Below are positions 26,001 through 32,000 of a stretch of 32,000 bases of DNA, piece by piece. The DNA is from an uncultured bacterium. GTDB taxonomy: Bacteria; GCA-001730085. The stretch is taken from positions 30,001 to 62,000 of the forward strand of contig CAZMGY010000012.1 of NCBI GenBank assembly GCA_964565945.1. The letters run 5' to 3'. The position numbers were made by a program, and so were the translations under genes. The first letter of the stretch is position 1; the number at the start of each line of letters is the position of its first letter. The notes under the pieces are model-generated. The model ran no database searches. It had not been told where the DNA came from and saw only the letters and a list, made by a program, of their open reading frames with translations.

Positions 26001-29000
26001 GAAAAATATTTAAAGTTAGCTTCAAAGTATGCGGCTTATGCGATTACGATTCCTTTTGAGATCGTTTTCTTCTTCACTGGTTTGCTGGGTTTGGCCGCCA
26101 CGGCTTTGCGCAGTTGGGATGACTTGTGGGATTCGATTAAGGGCTTTTCGGTGATGTACCTTGGCTTTATGGAAGGACTTCTTGGTTTTCCCGAGGGTTG
26201 GATCTATGACAACATGGTGTCTTTTATGGTGGATTGGGTGGATGAGTTTGGCGGAGATCTTGGAGGTTCTTTGGCTGTCTTACCATTGTTACTGATTATG
26301 GTGTTTGTTGCTGCGATTATTGCAGGTCCAATTGCTATGATTTTTGTGTTGCCATTGCTGTTTGCTTGGGCTGATGTATCTTTCCTCTACACCGATGAAC
26401 AGAAACAGAACGTCGAAGTTAAAATCGAGGAACGTCAAAACGCTCTTTTCACTGAGCAGCATCGACATATCACACGAACGATTGCAGCTCTGATAGGTAT
26501 CCTTATGTTGCGTGCTTGGAGTCAAAGTAAAGCGCAAATGAAGCATAAGGTAAAATTGGCGGATAAACAAATCAAGGCTTTTAATAAACTCAAGCAGGTT
26601 GAAAAGCAAAATCAGAAAAACCTAAAAATGACTCGAGAGCAAGTGGTTGAGTCCAATGCCCGTATTCGCATGATGGAAGCCAAAATGTGGAAAGAGATTA
26701 AAACGAGTACAGATTTGAATCAAGCGAAGCTTTTTTGGCACAAAGTTGGTTCACTTGTATCGTTGCCAATACGAGTCTTGCATTTTATTGTGACAATCCC
26801 TTTTATGGTGTACGGTCTTTTGAATGGTTTAATGATGCGCTCGCTCTCCAACATACGTCAAAAACCAATTAGCTACTTGAAGGGTAAGGCGGTTGACGCG
26901 GCTAATCGTTCACGACGATCACAAGAGGTGACAAAAACTAATTTGACACAGAAACAGGAAGCCTCTCGTGAATCGTTCACCTTGTCGCAACGTTTGATTA
27001 CCAGTATTAATCAGATTCGTAGGGGATGGGATCAGGTTAAGGATGTGATATTCCGTTCTCGCAAGGAGCGCATTTTGCGTCCTCTTGATACAAAGTCAGG
27101 TGTTGTAGGCTTCTCTTCGGGGCGTGGCATTATGGATTATCAGAGAATGTACAAAGGTCGTCCAGAGGTTAGCTCGGGGCTTGCTTTGAGCGGAGTTAAG
27201 CAAAACGAGAGTGGTAAGTTTGAAGAGAAAACACCTCAAGAATTGATTAATACTCTTAAACAGTCCGAAAGACATTTGGCTGAGAGTGTCCGCAAATGGG
27301 AGACCCAAACCTATAAAGCTTACTTGCAATTAAAGTCGGATGGCGTTCAGTCTCAAAGCAAAAAAGGCGAAAAGACGGTGAGTGATGCAAGTGCTGTGAT
27401 TCAAGGTGAGCGCTTCTTGTGGGATAACGTGTTGCCAAGCTACGAAGTTCAAAAAATGGATTTTAGCAAAATGGGCTTTAAAAAGTTTGTGTCGCGTGCT
27501 TGGTGGGGACGTTTTTCGACCAAAGCTTACTGGCGTGATGTCTGGGAGGGTATGAAGTGGGATAAGCGTGACCCGAATGATCCGGATCAGCCTGGTACCC
27601 TTGCCAAGTCAGGGCGATTTTTCTCTCGTGCGTCTTTTGCCTTAAAACGAGCTATTATGAAAGATCAAGCTAAGGGTGGGTCTTGGGCTGAAAGTGTTCG
27701 TTACAATGCTTTGCTCAAGCAGCAGATGGGAACTAAGAAAGCTAAGGTTTTCAAAGAACGCCTCGAAGAATCTCCGCAACAATATATGCGAACTCTTGCT
27801 CAGTGGATGGCTGAAGGTCAGTTGCGTGAAGGGAATGTGAATAGCCGTGGAGGGCAAGTGAGACATAAATTATTTATGGAGCATGCGCTTAAAGATATTA
27901 TCGCTTTTCAAAACGGATCAAATCTTTCCGCCAAGGCTCTTGACGGGGCTTTTTGGAAGACTTTGCATGAGGAAAGCACACAAAGTCTTCAGGGAATGAA
28001 CAAATTTTCTCGTTTAGAACTACAAGTGATTGAAGCTTATTGGAATGTGCTAAGTAAGTATCAGGGGGCGAACTCTTTAAGTGGGATTGATAAACTTGAA
28101 ATACGTAAAGCCTTAGAGCACGAATTGGTTGAAAGTTTTGTGAATCGGATGGACGGTGTAGCTGTGATGTTGCGTTATTCCGAAGTGCGTAACGAACAAG
28201 GTGAACTGACCAGCTATGATCTGGAGCGGGCAGAAGCCTTTATGCAAAAAGGTTTCTTTCAGTTCAGTGAGTTCTTTTTGCCGAAGTTACGAGCGTTTAA
28301 AAATGTCTATGGTGGTTATGACGGCCGCGAAGAGAGTGGCAATATGGTTCTTAACCGCAAAGGCGACAGTCCAGATCACTTTAACGATATGTACAAAGCG
28401 CTTAAAGAGAATCAATCGGATGCTTTCTTGCGAGAAGTTGCCTTTCAGTTTCAGCGTATGCCAGAAAGTGGCCTGTTTTCTCGCAAATTAAAGGTTGAAA
28501 CCAAGACTTTGAATAGCATGGCAGAAAACTTAGGGAGAAACAACTTTGAGAGTTTAACAACGGCTCAGCAAACGGCTGTTTTGATTCGTATTCTTGAGAG
28601 ACGGGGTCTTTTGGAAAATATGAAGAAAATGCTGGGTGAAAAACAGATTGAGTTGGTTATTCTTGAACATTTAACAGATGCTAAGTCGATTCAGGCCACT
28701 GTGATGGAACTTTACAAGGAAGCGACCAAGCCTCCAACAGATCCAAAAGCACCTAAGCCAACGGTACCTTCGGATGTTAATCAGCTGCGTCAAGAGTTTG
28801 GTCAAAGCAACGCTAACTCTAAAGTGGTTCAAGAGATGAATAGCTTGTTCGAAATTACGGAACCTTTTAAGCGTGCCCAAAAATGGACTGAGCATAGCGA
28901 ATCTTATGTTTATAATCAAGCACGGACCAACGCTATGAAGCTGTTTGCCGAAGAGTCGGCTCGTCATATGGACAGCTTGCCAGAACGATTTGCTTTAACT

Positions 29001-32000
29001 AACGATAGTTATACAATGACGGAGATTAAGGATGCGATGGTGAAGGCTATTGAACCTGTACTGGCCAAATCAATTACGCATAAGGTCGACCGTCAAAAAG
29101 CGGCGCGAAAGTTGGCTCATGAGATTCTCGAGTCAGGGGCGACAGCTGGCCTGATTAAAGTCGAAAAGGCTCTTTATTTGGAAACGGTCTCTTTGTTTAA
29201 ATTGCCTCAAAATATTGGCAAAGTGATTGAACAAGCTGACTTGCCAGCGCCTGTTAAAGAAGCTTTACTTCGCGAAGTTGTGTTGGATCAGATTGTTAGT
29301 GCTCTTCGTCTGGAACGGGTTAGTTTAGGAAACAGTGGGGAAGGGATGATTGAGGTTTTGAGCAAAAACTCCGAAGGACGTTCGGAACTTCTCTTTAATT
29401 ATGCCAAATTAATTGAGCTAATTCGTAAAGAAGGTGGCAAGCTGGATGCCAGCAAAGAGGTAGAGTTGTTGCGTATTTTGGAAGCCACTCTCTATGAAGT
29501 GACTGGCTACAGTAAAAATAACGCCTATCGCGAAGGAATAAATTACGAAGTCAAGTGGTCGAAATTCAATGAGAAATATGTGGGCAAAGGCGAGCAACAA
29601 GGTATGATCAATATGGAAAAACTGGTTCATGATTTGGTCGAAGTTTACAAAAAACGTTTTGCTGGAGAGTTGAGTGAGGCGGCCGTGGAAACCTTAGGGC
29701 ATGCCACGGGCATGTTTGTGACCTTATCACGTCAAGCCGATACTTTTGCTAGACATTGGGAAAAAGCGGAAAAAGTTTCCTTCAGTTTTCTGCCGATTCA
29801 GCTTGAGGCGGTGTTGGCGATGTTGTCGGGGGGTAACTTGGCTCTTCAAATTCCAACAGGTTTTGGTAAAACCAACGTGATCACGCCATTCTTTGCCTTA
29901 ACTTTTTTAGGTGCGGGTGAGTACTTCCCTAATAGCAAAAAGTTGATTCTGGAAGTACCCGAAGCGGGTAAGGTTGGCGAAATGGATAACGCCCAGTTCA
30001 AAATGATTCTCGAAAAAGAATTCGGAGAGGGTGCGCGTGAGCGTTTAACCGCTCAGATGCTTGATGCTCAAGTGACATCGAATCCTTTGGAAATGCAACG
30101 CTTAATGAAAGCCAGAGTTGTTTTTACCGCGACCGATTGCCTCAATTTTTTGGACTTGTCGGCGCGGAATCCGCACAAAGCTAAAGATTCCAATGCGATC
30201 GCTTTGCGTGATGCTTTAGTTAAAGGTACCACGAGGATTGTGGATGAGATTCATAAATTTGTAACCCAGCAAAAGAGCTTTGTGACGGGAACGGATGCTG
30301 GTGAAGTGGCTGTGGGTGTGCGCGATGCTAAATTAGCACATTACATTACGGAACAAGCTTTGAACTTGATTCAGGAAAAACTAGGCAAGGGCGAAGCTAT
30401 CTATAATTCTCAAGGAGGTTTTGCCTCAGGTGCAGAGAAGGTTTTACTTGGGAAACGAATGGGGCAGGGTGTTTTACGCTTTAATCCTGAACGTGTTGGA
30501 AATACGGATGTGGCTTTTAGTGCTGCTTTTAAAGTGGAGTTATTGCGGAGGTTGCAAACCAGTCGATTGGATGGGTTTAACTTGAGCAGTCAGGCCGCAA
30601 AGCTTATGGATCGTTTTGGTGGCCGTGGTGAAAAAGAATTAGCGAATCGCTTGAAGACTCTTTACAAGGTGGGTGAACACGATGTTTATTCGGCACCTCA
30701 GTTTGTTTTCCATTATTTGGATCATTTGGCGCAGTCCTTTTCGGGACGGACGCGTGTGAAGGAGTTGCAAAACCGTTATGGTCCCAACCAGGCTTATGAG
30801 GTTTTATTGGATTCGAAAAGCAAAATGATTGAACGTGATGAGCATGGTGTGCCTCGGGTTGTTCCGATGAGTGGTGGGGAAAAACAAGTTAGCCAGAAAT
30901 ACTCGAATCGTGAACATGTTCTATCGATCTATTATTCAACGCTGGCTCAGCATATGTTTCAAGATGGTCGTTTTACGGGCAGTTGGAAGAAATCTTTGAT
31001 TCAGGATGCTAGTCGCATTAAATTACAGCCTGATTCCTATCGCTTGAAGTTAAGCGATCACTTAGAGATGGCCACACGCGCTGGTCGTGTGCTGGGTTTT
31101 TCTGGATCGGTGGTAGGTTCTCAGCAGGCGTTTGAGTTTATGATGGGGATGAAAGTTTGGACCTCCCAAAGAGCCGAATATAAATTGGCTGGTGATACCG
31201 TCGGTAAGTACGTAATTGATCCGATGATGCGTTTGCATCAGAACGAAGTGAGTCAAATTGATAGCCACGGTATGCGAGAAAAGTTTGAAAAAGCCTTAAC
31301 CGAAGGTGCCACTGTAACCCCACAGTATCGTCAAATGATTGAGAAACGCTTGAAAGAGCGCTTACGTTTCGAAAAAGAAAGTCGAATGGAATTAGCTCAA
31401 ATCGAAGGACTACTTAAGGAAGTTCCTAAGATTAAAGATGCTTTGTGGCTTCGTGAAAAAACATCAAGCTCAGAAGGCAAAGAGGCGATTCGTCCTGGTA
31501 GCACGAATCCTTTAACCCAACGTTTATTTAATGAGGCGCTGAGACATCAAAAAATCTATGATTTATCTGCCAAGCAGGTTAATGAAGGCTATTTGAAGGA
31601 TCGTACCATCAATCATGACAAGTTGTCGCCGCAGGATCGTTCGGCAAACTATGAAGTGATCAAAAATGAAATTGTGGCCGAAGCTAGCTATTTAAGAGCT
31701 AAGCATGAGCAAGCTTTGCGTCATCAAGCCGAAATGGAAAAAGGTACCCCTCTTACTAAGCGAGAGCTTGAAACACTTCGCGAAAAAGTGATGAGCATCG
31801 AAGAGACGCGCCAGTTGGCATCGCGTTTGATTGAGCTCAAAACTCAAGGGGATGTGTTAGGGCGTCATATTGTCAAGCAGATAATTGGTGACGGGTATGT
31901 GGCTCTTAAGGAAAAAGGTATTACGGCCGAAAAACTGATGGAGAGGCTTGAAATCCAAGTCCAGAACATGATTACAAAGACGCTGAAAAAGATCCCTACC
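7908..32000 (+). CDS. Giant multidomain membrane protein, 5' complete and 3' truncated by the window edge (>=8,031 aa): signal/anchor + YD/RHS-like repeat field + Ca-loop motifs + TM cluster + SecA-like ATPase
   Basis: ATG 7908 has an SD site and a promoter upstream. The frame with codon starts at positions divisible by 3 reads through to the complete codon ACC at 31998-32000 with no stop. I translated the whole span by eye and re-checked more than 40 lines codon by codon. The other + frames and all - frames across these 24 kb yield only short ORFs (60-233 aa in the track). The coding character is coherent, with repeated protein motifs, TM helices and ATPase motifs. Confidence 0.95.
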   Translation, partial: MQKVQDKSRILAQSRLSSFMKVMSLLVVEFFIATSMDLAYAQYSAPSAIRNASHGSNYLRGLNLHQERQRRKKLKKRRDQHSSQRNRAISGLTQQSLAHKLQSFGAEALYQFEEMRAVAEQATQTLDDALKNLTAFVEPDKDGIGVRHYRLGRLDKLENVYENNADGSAYRRTVLFNYVDDGDPDSEIASYVEMRQSVFVDESGQEYLSGIYSSTEWRGRYDSDGNLAEFTRVDTDDFGEVVTTRWEAMIHDEKGQALTHDEDGQEIKYFDERGNVLGYTEMITDSEGNTTSTVRSPFYTSYDDVEDRVTSFLDIYTDEYGHKTQTHMTEMDYVTLDDLGHYRSEITDLDTKKMTTVIYDATYMSQRDGGTGNRVIQSSEVRINHRGEKNTTLWVLGDKGYDKYGNALSYEKRITSADGRYEVERWDNGQFHHGNLLSYDSERELFNALGQLIEREKVLSYEAFYDGRGNLIDYIRESTITTYRDVIEENLLDYLWEDFSETMESLDQEGQRQFLISQGVDISDEEWEILDQDIWDRETLREKISRFVEQVVDLVKWELISQSAWDAYSLEQKRAFLAETDFVIDDVSWSGLTEEAKLNLVNERKNQRIEQHQLSILDQALDNYRADERAKLIDEKSVEYATLVLKRTDTVISSGLWNQLTNFQKQIFLNARSIETADNFFDLDTEAQFESLPRHYRGKYREQDHVVVTSEVTEHWHKAKYSDNDLLLYNEQVTDTNVYREEGDARELIQKTKETNIRNAQMDDSYAKGRLQHYKDYNYVEYRDQENESVQSTFSENETRVLSFNSRRAATAYETESRVVKDLYARDDVQTAIEKLFSEDMYELAKLVKSLSVGEFNTMFRGFDYLNERFNAYPNYSQFLKVVDDNSELLKNLQDEIKTKGLPGSLQFNFAKMMSSLSFANFPDFAKVMTDLPATTETSLRRENIVFDIDNRMMGYEESGTNEDGQDYTTQMYDIKYDGRGLMSEYGNSSTVEGVRTDVHRFNMAYDLQDRALGYTEEIYSQGEFNVVQMKQMVYDFAQRLSGYERYVFGETGQQVSWERQSDMVYDNLDNVLSYNAHRVSGGQESVDIRWEAVVFDAQGRVIEGSPYNEDGRILGFRETGVDVATQRRYEVVSSGYEYSVVPEKMNRAVLSYNTQRNEYDSQGTLMETENVIWSAKVNEKNQSYVNGQVVGYIEESTNSVDGKHKTDVQNSYDERGNRVGVDTSIHFYTFMGAKNRVEKSVWEGDYDEDGLLVNSRQSSTVNGVAVDTISYSGESLEQYVMALEQGLYTIDLRYLLNDISGDGSVDAVDVAVFTQKSYQEFLQAVLNDTLTLSALEQAVNLYISDDALHKSSLVDMIQLMKRGEGDQMSQTEMIQDILKFLIKDSNGDGQIDAVDVRFMTEPALSMLLNDTLAQSKSVGDLAQDFLKLYLTDRNGDQRITSDDLQNDDQIRTTINTVLKDRWTESVRENISYKELSFRRVRDGQVVVEKVRIGNPVTYREITRRAESPQLWQVSDVSDISLDGDGTMLNYTSMIQNIETIDDKSLLNFSWGKVSANIDQYADPEGVRTWELRRYKTLQRNARGFVTRYSERRTEPQTDPQKVQSFEATPLVIDIHWSGTYRNGQMFTFNESKRRRGEVFVKNHYQGKDLLQMMESLVEQKSYNVYFDLVKSDGQAGVDAKITQEDLDYLRKHLLRDPNYIIEWVESDSLDVFSRDERVYTLYNTLGQVTGFQTRSFNSASPRKETILTRSNIMTNDLGLEMSFNEHVQKKGEGSQFWIDSSEANLPTEWATLTLDEKRQLLRGETMVLNGRNVSLVKIGTSHIYKDIYTFQANTVYDYAGRVKGFTRSDREMGQNQQGWRVLDVFNVTERRDMAYDKAGRLSTFTETRRLGQAPDVIETIERLSTEYNDAGYVDAFEQVESRKGEQQETRVPFGALPAFLKKNALLTPAQIAAIYSGQRVDISEVVNENRDLFADMDGLEQVGDSYYIKLDTVTSQSEVNTLNRRTRENITYNALGFEKSFKELSVDELGVHRLTLQFDIRQNGLGQVVSFDQSVRRYLPEAREDISDTFVVLPQEISESEWKDLALAKKLAFLRGDQLVRVVQGSTIRYLTQEEFSEFSEENEPKQYEARPLRVQLIQESLLEDYARSYFESQDMAMWSYLSQEGGAMIRHRDVQEVALDELTFLSRRKATYNDFDQMVTYVDESWNASTPGLKQVSIRTSTEYDSVGNIVGFRVEDISHGELSVRKFDLNRLEVIDGQGEIAVFDMAGIGGFERLMPEEQMKLRSGKSIMIDDQEVRLAFKTVMQTFETSRVTERKNMRYNFLGQLTDYTDITIESTSPDLSLETTVSGVLYNALGQQIRLVQSQKREGTTQNEVSYQGEALIEKLHALAGLSEKGELKSQFAQWSLFDLNGDGVIDTQDIDLVEPDTLVSYLQIVELKDVQTQLRDMITYTTLGQSKGFRQISINSTEPHVREVLVRHHTAYNLAGFELSYQETVTRTGQIAQDMTSTFVMPNDWSEDQWQQLWQKGGTFDQMTEQQQRVLFTGGAVVLGDQTYQFELYTQAQKGEKPHMEVLTSSQNSHYRMIAEVVAEYGKAGAWSSQVEGYVRTLLEQILQNRSESDVINPADVQAVVNRFLEELEGTLVGDENQSQKHGEMGQNDSTEVQSQHFKILRSLLLGPEDGVNGFVLDLVDQVMNQVGAVTERSLRTITKKIVFERNEMEQRSREDATYNAFGQLMSYVDNVYEPLLNQKVTTQRLLTQFDRAGRILGYQDHVVRSGLALQNDQIDYSRVERLGSGERSWDDLTFIEVKALYRGEAVLMNGVLMTLDDLRIDKVIRLYEVEDHVRQNMVYDQNNQLRSFAEQRFNHNNQRLSTQQRSGMLYNSLGQVTEYIDNTLDEGTVELEDGSFMDLSQSSRVHRSNIQYVDNRIYAYTDVSRSSQSEETQVSVRESTHYNALGQVMAYRNNNHRFLFEGRQTILSVRNVNERTGIVYNALGQNMAYSDYQWNSSEPANASWSYRSDVQYDGLGRLNAYTDRTRTLQSPDMRETLVMNNIQHNALGLQQSYTELRIQESLLEDSQGEPLYQRLQKNNYQDITYDALGRRQTYLRSAVTSDAPDMVINTTWTALAYDEKLGVVSVYRDQSERIGTDGTRVMLTTIHDQVKFDRAGREMSYREQVTDSSRPGVKQKRLRIDTGYDTFGRVAQYEESNAQYNNNLLLNYVLTNRNNTYNTMSQVESYVEKRTTNGLESLAERYEMAYNSFGQLESYEEVTESPSTRLRMSAWGLTYDSLGRSLTQNTRSVDSEGNVNITYNWGMRYDTSGRTIFRNEDRILNGVRSLGIQWYAGLIQGSGEDENEPKFDQDGEPFFIKKPSFDEFGNILSTTEIRVDDQGHINVNVSEYSYDAYSHRDSVQSLSYSYTSNDLNDLGTIQVSEVTTTSWDVTDGYLTLTFDVLNQNGDIVGTQTVEGGYVLGSEQMQRRYLITDDGQRVLKQVGNDGEEDVYFDITYSRQSFAYNDVADQTFLGSESFKYSLSQEATGADLTDFVYESSRYRQTMYGDNNRRIQEVTLQNERGVYGWDVLRDELGIDHEVWSEVGDQLVNLRKYLVTQQNEIKVGVPGAQEQANARIAEVNSSITTLLRQAGVSSEMIRTSLNQVFGSPPSSVSLDGVIENLLGVQILSSSTLSVVDTDGYDQVSGRPLLERERQYTHRSGFDVRSDNSDWNYQKFRSGNVKIDQMLAAKDSFILVQDETRNYSYDENGVRTAIVTEDGLSGFREESFNMEYRFDGLVKSRVMLRTAPGAGGKIQTSAYNQISYTYHPNGRIAQTRVRLYESYDGVRGGGLRGLLREEVIDDVYDFERNVLVQKVSTQWGFSETDGSRLLVNRQVDDSTYSLFNRVNGLIRSMYKSEDGAENSVILDNQEIFSNYYYSSHGQVLSQSVRKLDYSVVDVEEAGLADEINGLSVTDNAETMQEKIIDTYVAWWKRRYGLEKVDGLLEHVIDVFMDLLLAPTNIARTAKDILEVAIYVLGEAFKSSKEYLRNAGYSVNEKYMSYLVGDELSHRMMSYRKDGRVSGSQDLTYDIDGVVKEKRTLSYVYEQELNETFKTNRIAAQNQRNYMWDEEGKVWSLDSGADVQITYDQFNRVSSRLVTSIDKNGHYAESTEYLFEYDHLNRVTRETQRLLDPSASRSETSSLSRSRKAIGTLKSLSEEIRDYRYDAMGQQRSVSVRQNDLGVVRAENPSEIRTSYNTVLTRTKNGAREEFFDDEGNLYQVVTHQFTFDVNDNLILDEKMTLRYNEQGQEISRQIQEIRNQKFDKNGRVLHRNTQTFDILDGQRVSVGREEVQTIYQGMNYRIQEEVITQYGYNRMQQGTEVPGVTTHVVYAYDAQNRMSKRTTVSYSDPNAQLIVVPSASALDVRNGDEGQTVEEQFIYDLSRRPIQTINKVYEGGELISENRRVSTYLTADPNDMRVDKQIVVQLDGAGEIRSIVVNSNYSYTEENRYQRGSSGAVEFGDSGSIENIGPIQRILLNTGYDTVSFTDSVDGISFDASGFMLMPSKETWGSLLNAKNKVTKKRTTSYDMLDRELHSEVKSYLQDSLIGRETVSYYYSEQRMGDDRAVIEDQRFYSQDDTFVRHIVQQNRYDALGRISQKDEFFLDPSTSSGGLIEQGVVLDSFIPKTGSLQFHRQILNMDYDGGFDRIIEQDEIVSANYIDQNNTGDGRNQITHSIFAYNNKGQIISSEKTRYQANTVQHNLEDFPRVIERETGHQYNQHGEVVSFQTLLDTYYLETLDSDQVVLRDRQGSDVTIFYHKPGQVSRRVRKNFDVTAINDLLSSAININVVQLRSGELIDTEVEQNTYDVQNRLKEVDRTFTFAGKEDAYRIYRRSLTYDSLQDRPKQEIGRNWNELDDRVTLSVTDNIFQGEFISQVFTRSSEIDVANDADRNFLLNMSSSAGVSARLNLSLESKRTVTNRVQNIHSWDSQGRAVRYSMKQYDERNPRRSTFIERKFTLFNNTDGGEDFYDETVREEIDGEVLSTREREYQAFWRDSRGRTRGYILSEKVRDKEGLLQTKQVITRLDTRFDVYDNEVKAFQEEQEYVNINLADDANVVWSMRSHVGRNVVSDYFSEGENKGRLSNETITLYKYDVAQSATNGSPVLLDREVLQREVLGYQRALANSERLTSRRYDATGHLVQHRISTSNRTFDEQDRMTLNDTVTIDKLRETRTIENMNVVSFDDFDNVVAFLQTRRVEDLNDSEILLEDQVVERRNSEFEGNLLIDSYEIVNNKLKNDVRHVIRRNRTYKFGQEASSNTYNFTVNVEDPVLRSVAVSPEQQINQILRKFGLRDVTSLDVKRQDGPEIFQDTYLKTLFARSDSEDLVGSSFTRSDTIFSDRGESYGYINYLWNKVGDYRLVKGPDGVYDYTFSQALNQFTYDIFFAGQIDLGAQGASTALSLEDHFKLENKDDVSVYLSDLETWLKTPGDNHIIYDGRDQTTGENREFTRISLRQIESFGNKGSFDFSPFMSFSPGDPFTGLKDEGLAAQVQDISLHFFNDPNVHDGVEYAHRIVRGEKRELALNRWVVGGKDRDKFNFTLVRRTDTDFYGDQVGEDFSNQGRYGQVKNYTEYSISPSGEESKVVRNNIHYYVPETLQLGQSKVNVGLERFYNETTYRRSDNFHAAHIRNHGVTGQIHHYSESSSHAGDWSDSRLEESGRIQYWEEDGEIIIHMDDFITRFSESYFVADFDKEDRKIRLKYKKGQVKSFREYTSSGEDAGTEFSSANNLYDPEGNAVFTERTVVRKRGRGIPDDNFDFEKTFNEYNSYGYLLRSHVYYNFDFAKVTTYYNMRTNSNDVGTLSHGARRHVAYMDQEDGQMYVQKYDLTGENAADKGKGFEAFLRNIYMMIEETLTNGGVFIVDKIFNSFLGFFGTDPVLEDELQIMRDNAHRVAMFRQVFEEDTKAFTKSLENLLGSEGAIIASIVLHGVLFVLAVAAMVSTGGAALPLIFAAFAFGAAYSLIQTTIYYDKYRQADTKAEKEKYLKLASKYAAYAITIPFEIVFFFTGLLGLAATALRSWDDLWDSIKGFSVMYLGFMEGLLGFPEGWIYDNMVSFMVDWVDEFGGDLGGSLAVLPLLLIMVFVAAIIAGPIAMIFVLPLLFAWADVSFLYTDEQKQNVEVKIEERQNALFTEQHRHITRTIAALIGILMLRAWSQSKAQMKHKVKLADKQIKAFNKLKQVEKQNQKNLKMTREQVVESNARIRMMEAKMWKEIKTSTDLNQAKLFWHKVGSLVSLPIRVLHFIVTIPFMVYGLLNGLMMRSLSNIRQKPISYLKGKAVDAANRSRRSQEVTKTNLTQKQEASRESFTLSQRLITSINQIRRGWDQVKDVIFRSRKERILRPLDTKSGVVGFSSGRGIMDYQRMYKGRPEVSSGLALSGVKQNESGKFEEKTPQELINTLKQSERHLAESVRKWETQTYKAYLQLKSDGVQSQSKKGEKTVSDASAVIQGERFLWDNVLPSYEVQKMDFSKMGFKKFVSRAWWGRFSTKAYWRDVWEGMKWDKRDPNDPDQPGTLAKSGRFFSRASFALKRAIMKDQAKGGSWAESVRYNALLKQQMGTKKAKVFKERLEESPQQYMRTLAQWMAEGQLREGNVNSRGGQVRHKLFMEHALKDIIAFQNGSNLSAKALDGAFWKTLHEESTQSLQGMNKFSRLELQVIEAYWNVLSKYQGANSLSGIDKLEIRKALEHELVESFVNRMDGVAVMLRYSEVRNEQGELTSYDLERAEAFMQKGFFQFSEFFLPKLRAFKNVYGGYDGREESGNMVLNRKGDSPDHFNDMYKALKENQSDAFLREVAFQFQRMPESGLFSRKLKVETKTLNSMAENLGRNNFESLTTAQQTAVLIRILERRGLLENMKKMLGEKQIELVILEHLTDAKSIQATVMELYKEATKPPTDPKAPKPTVPSDVNQLRQEFGQSNANSKVVQEMNSLFEITEPFKRAQKWTEHSESYVYNQARTNAMKLFAEESARHMDSLPERFALTNDSYTMTEIKDAMVKAIEPVLAKSITHKVDRQKAARKLAHEILESGATAGLIKVEKALYLETVSLFKLPQNIGKVIEQADLPAPVKEALLREVVLDQIVSALRLERVSLGNSGEGMIEVLSKNSEGRSELLFNYAKLIELIRKEGGKLDASKEVELLRILEATLYEVTGYSKNNAYREGINYEVKWSKFNEKYVGKGEQQGMINMEKLVHDLVEVYKKRFAGELSEAAVETLGHATGMFVTLSRQADTFARHWEKAEKVSFSFLPIQLEAVLAMLSGGNLALQIPTGFGKTNVITPFFALTFLGAGEYFPNSKKLILEVPEAGKVGEMDNAQFKMILEKEFGEGARERLTAQMLDAQVTSNPLEMQRLMKARVVFTATDCLNFLDLSARNPHKAKDSNAIALRDALVKGTTRIVDEIHKFVTQQKSFVTGTDAGEVAVGVRDAKLAHYITEQALNLIQEKLGKGEAIYNSQGGFASGAEKVLLGKRMGQGVLRFNPERVGNTDVAFSAAFKVELLRRLQTSRLDGFNLSSQAAKLMDRFGGRGEKELANRLKTLYKVGEHDVYSAPQFVFHYLDHLAQSFSGRTRVKELQNRYGPNQAYEVLLDSKSKMIERDEHGVPRVVPMSGGEKQVSQKYSNREHVLSIYYSTLAQHMFQDGRFTGSWKKSLIQDASRIKLQPDSYRLKLSDHLEMATRAGRVLGFSGSVVGSQQAFEFMMGMKVWTSQRAEYKLAGDTVGKYVIDPMMRLHQNEVSQIDSHGMREKFEKALTEGATVTPQYRQMIEKRLKERLRFEKESRMELAQIEGLLKEVPKIKDALWLREKTSSSEGKEAIRPGSTNPLTQRLFNEALRHQKIYDLSAKQVNEGYLKDRTINHDKLSPQDRSANYEVIKNEIVAEASYLRAKHEQALRHQAEMEKGTPLTKRELETLREKVMSIEETRQLASRLIELKTQGDVLGRHIVKQIIGDGYVALKEKGITAEKLMERLEIQVQNMITKTLKKIPT
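8568..9329 (+). repeat. YD-repeat block 1 (protein-level, canonical YDxxGN type)
   Basis: Repeat motifs read here: YDSDGNLAEF, HDEDGQEIKYFDERGNVLGY, TDSEGNTT, TDEYGHKT, YDKYGNALSYE and YDGRGNLIDY. They resemble the RHS/YD consensus YxYDxxGR/N(L). Confidence 0.65.
10824..11672 (+). repeat. YD-repeat block 2 (protein-level)
   Basis: Repeat motifs read here: YDIKYDGRGLMSEY, YDLQDRALGY, YDFAQRLSGY, YDNLDNVLSY, FDAQGRVIEG, NEDGRILGF, YDSQGTLMET, YDERGNRVGV and YDEDGLLVN. Confidence 0.65.
11802..12242 (+). other. Cluster of three dockerin/EF-hand-like calcium-binding loops
   Basis: DISGDGSVDAVDV (11802-11840), DSNGDGQIDAVDV (12060-12098) and DRNGDQRITSDDL (12204-12242). Each fits DxNGDGxIDxxD, the loop pattern of type I dockerin / EF-hand Ca sites, and each is followed by a helix-like segment. 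Confidence 0.6.
13074..17890 (+). repeat. Dense YD-like repeat field with variant consensus Y(N/D)x(L/F)G(Q/R) Confidence 0.

Overview
The window has two parts. Positions 1-7776 hold a tightly packed, co-directional (+) housekeeping block. It consists of four genes of a Bat-type (Bacteroides aerotolerance-like) operon followed by trkA and trkH. The Bat-type genes are a VWA/BatA-B-like gene, a TPR/BatC-like gene with a 102-nt tandem-repeat acidic tail, a BatD-like gene and a BatE-like TPR+SH3 gene. Several of these genes are joined by 4-nt start/stop overlaps. Positions 7777-7907 are a short intergenic region with a near-consensus sigma70-type promoter and a Shine-Dalgarno site. From ATG 7908 to the last base of the window (32000), one + strand reading frame stays open for 8,031 codons and has not terminated. 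The supplied ORF track omits it, presumably because it has no stop codon inside the window; the track shows only short antisense or off-frame shadow ORFs across these 24 kb. By-eye translation of this giant gene gives, in order: an N-terminal signal/anchor sequence; about 5,800 aa of YD/RHS-like beta-repeat material interleaved with dockerin/EF-hand-like calcium loops and a recurring W..L...K..L.RGE module; a cluster of about 6-7 transmembrane helices (aa ~5969-6312); about 1,000 aa of charged helical sequence; and a divergent SecA-like motor domain (aa ~7290 onward). The SecA-like domain has Walker A PTGFGKT, DEIH, a PPXD-position insert and a GFSGS..AFEF motif. This architecture matches what I recall being reported for metagenomic giant genes of Candidatus Omnitrophota, so that lineage is a reasonable guess. 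The assignment is inference only, because the window contains no rRNA or tRNA marker. No RNA genes, CRISPR arrays or mobile elements were recognised.
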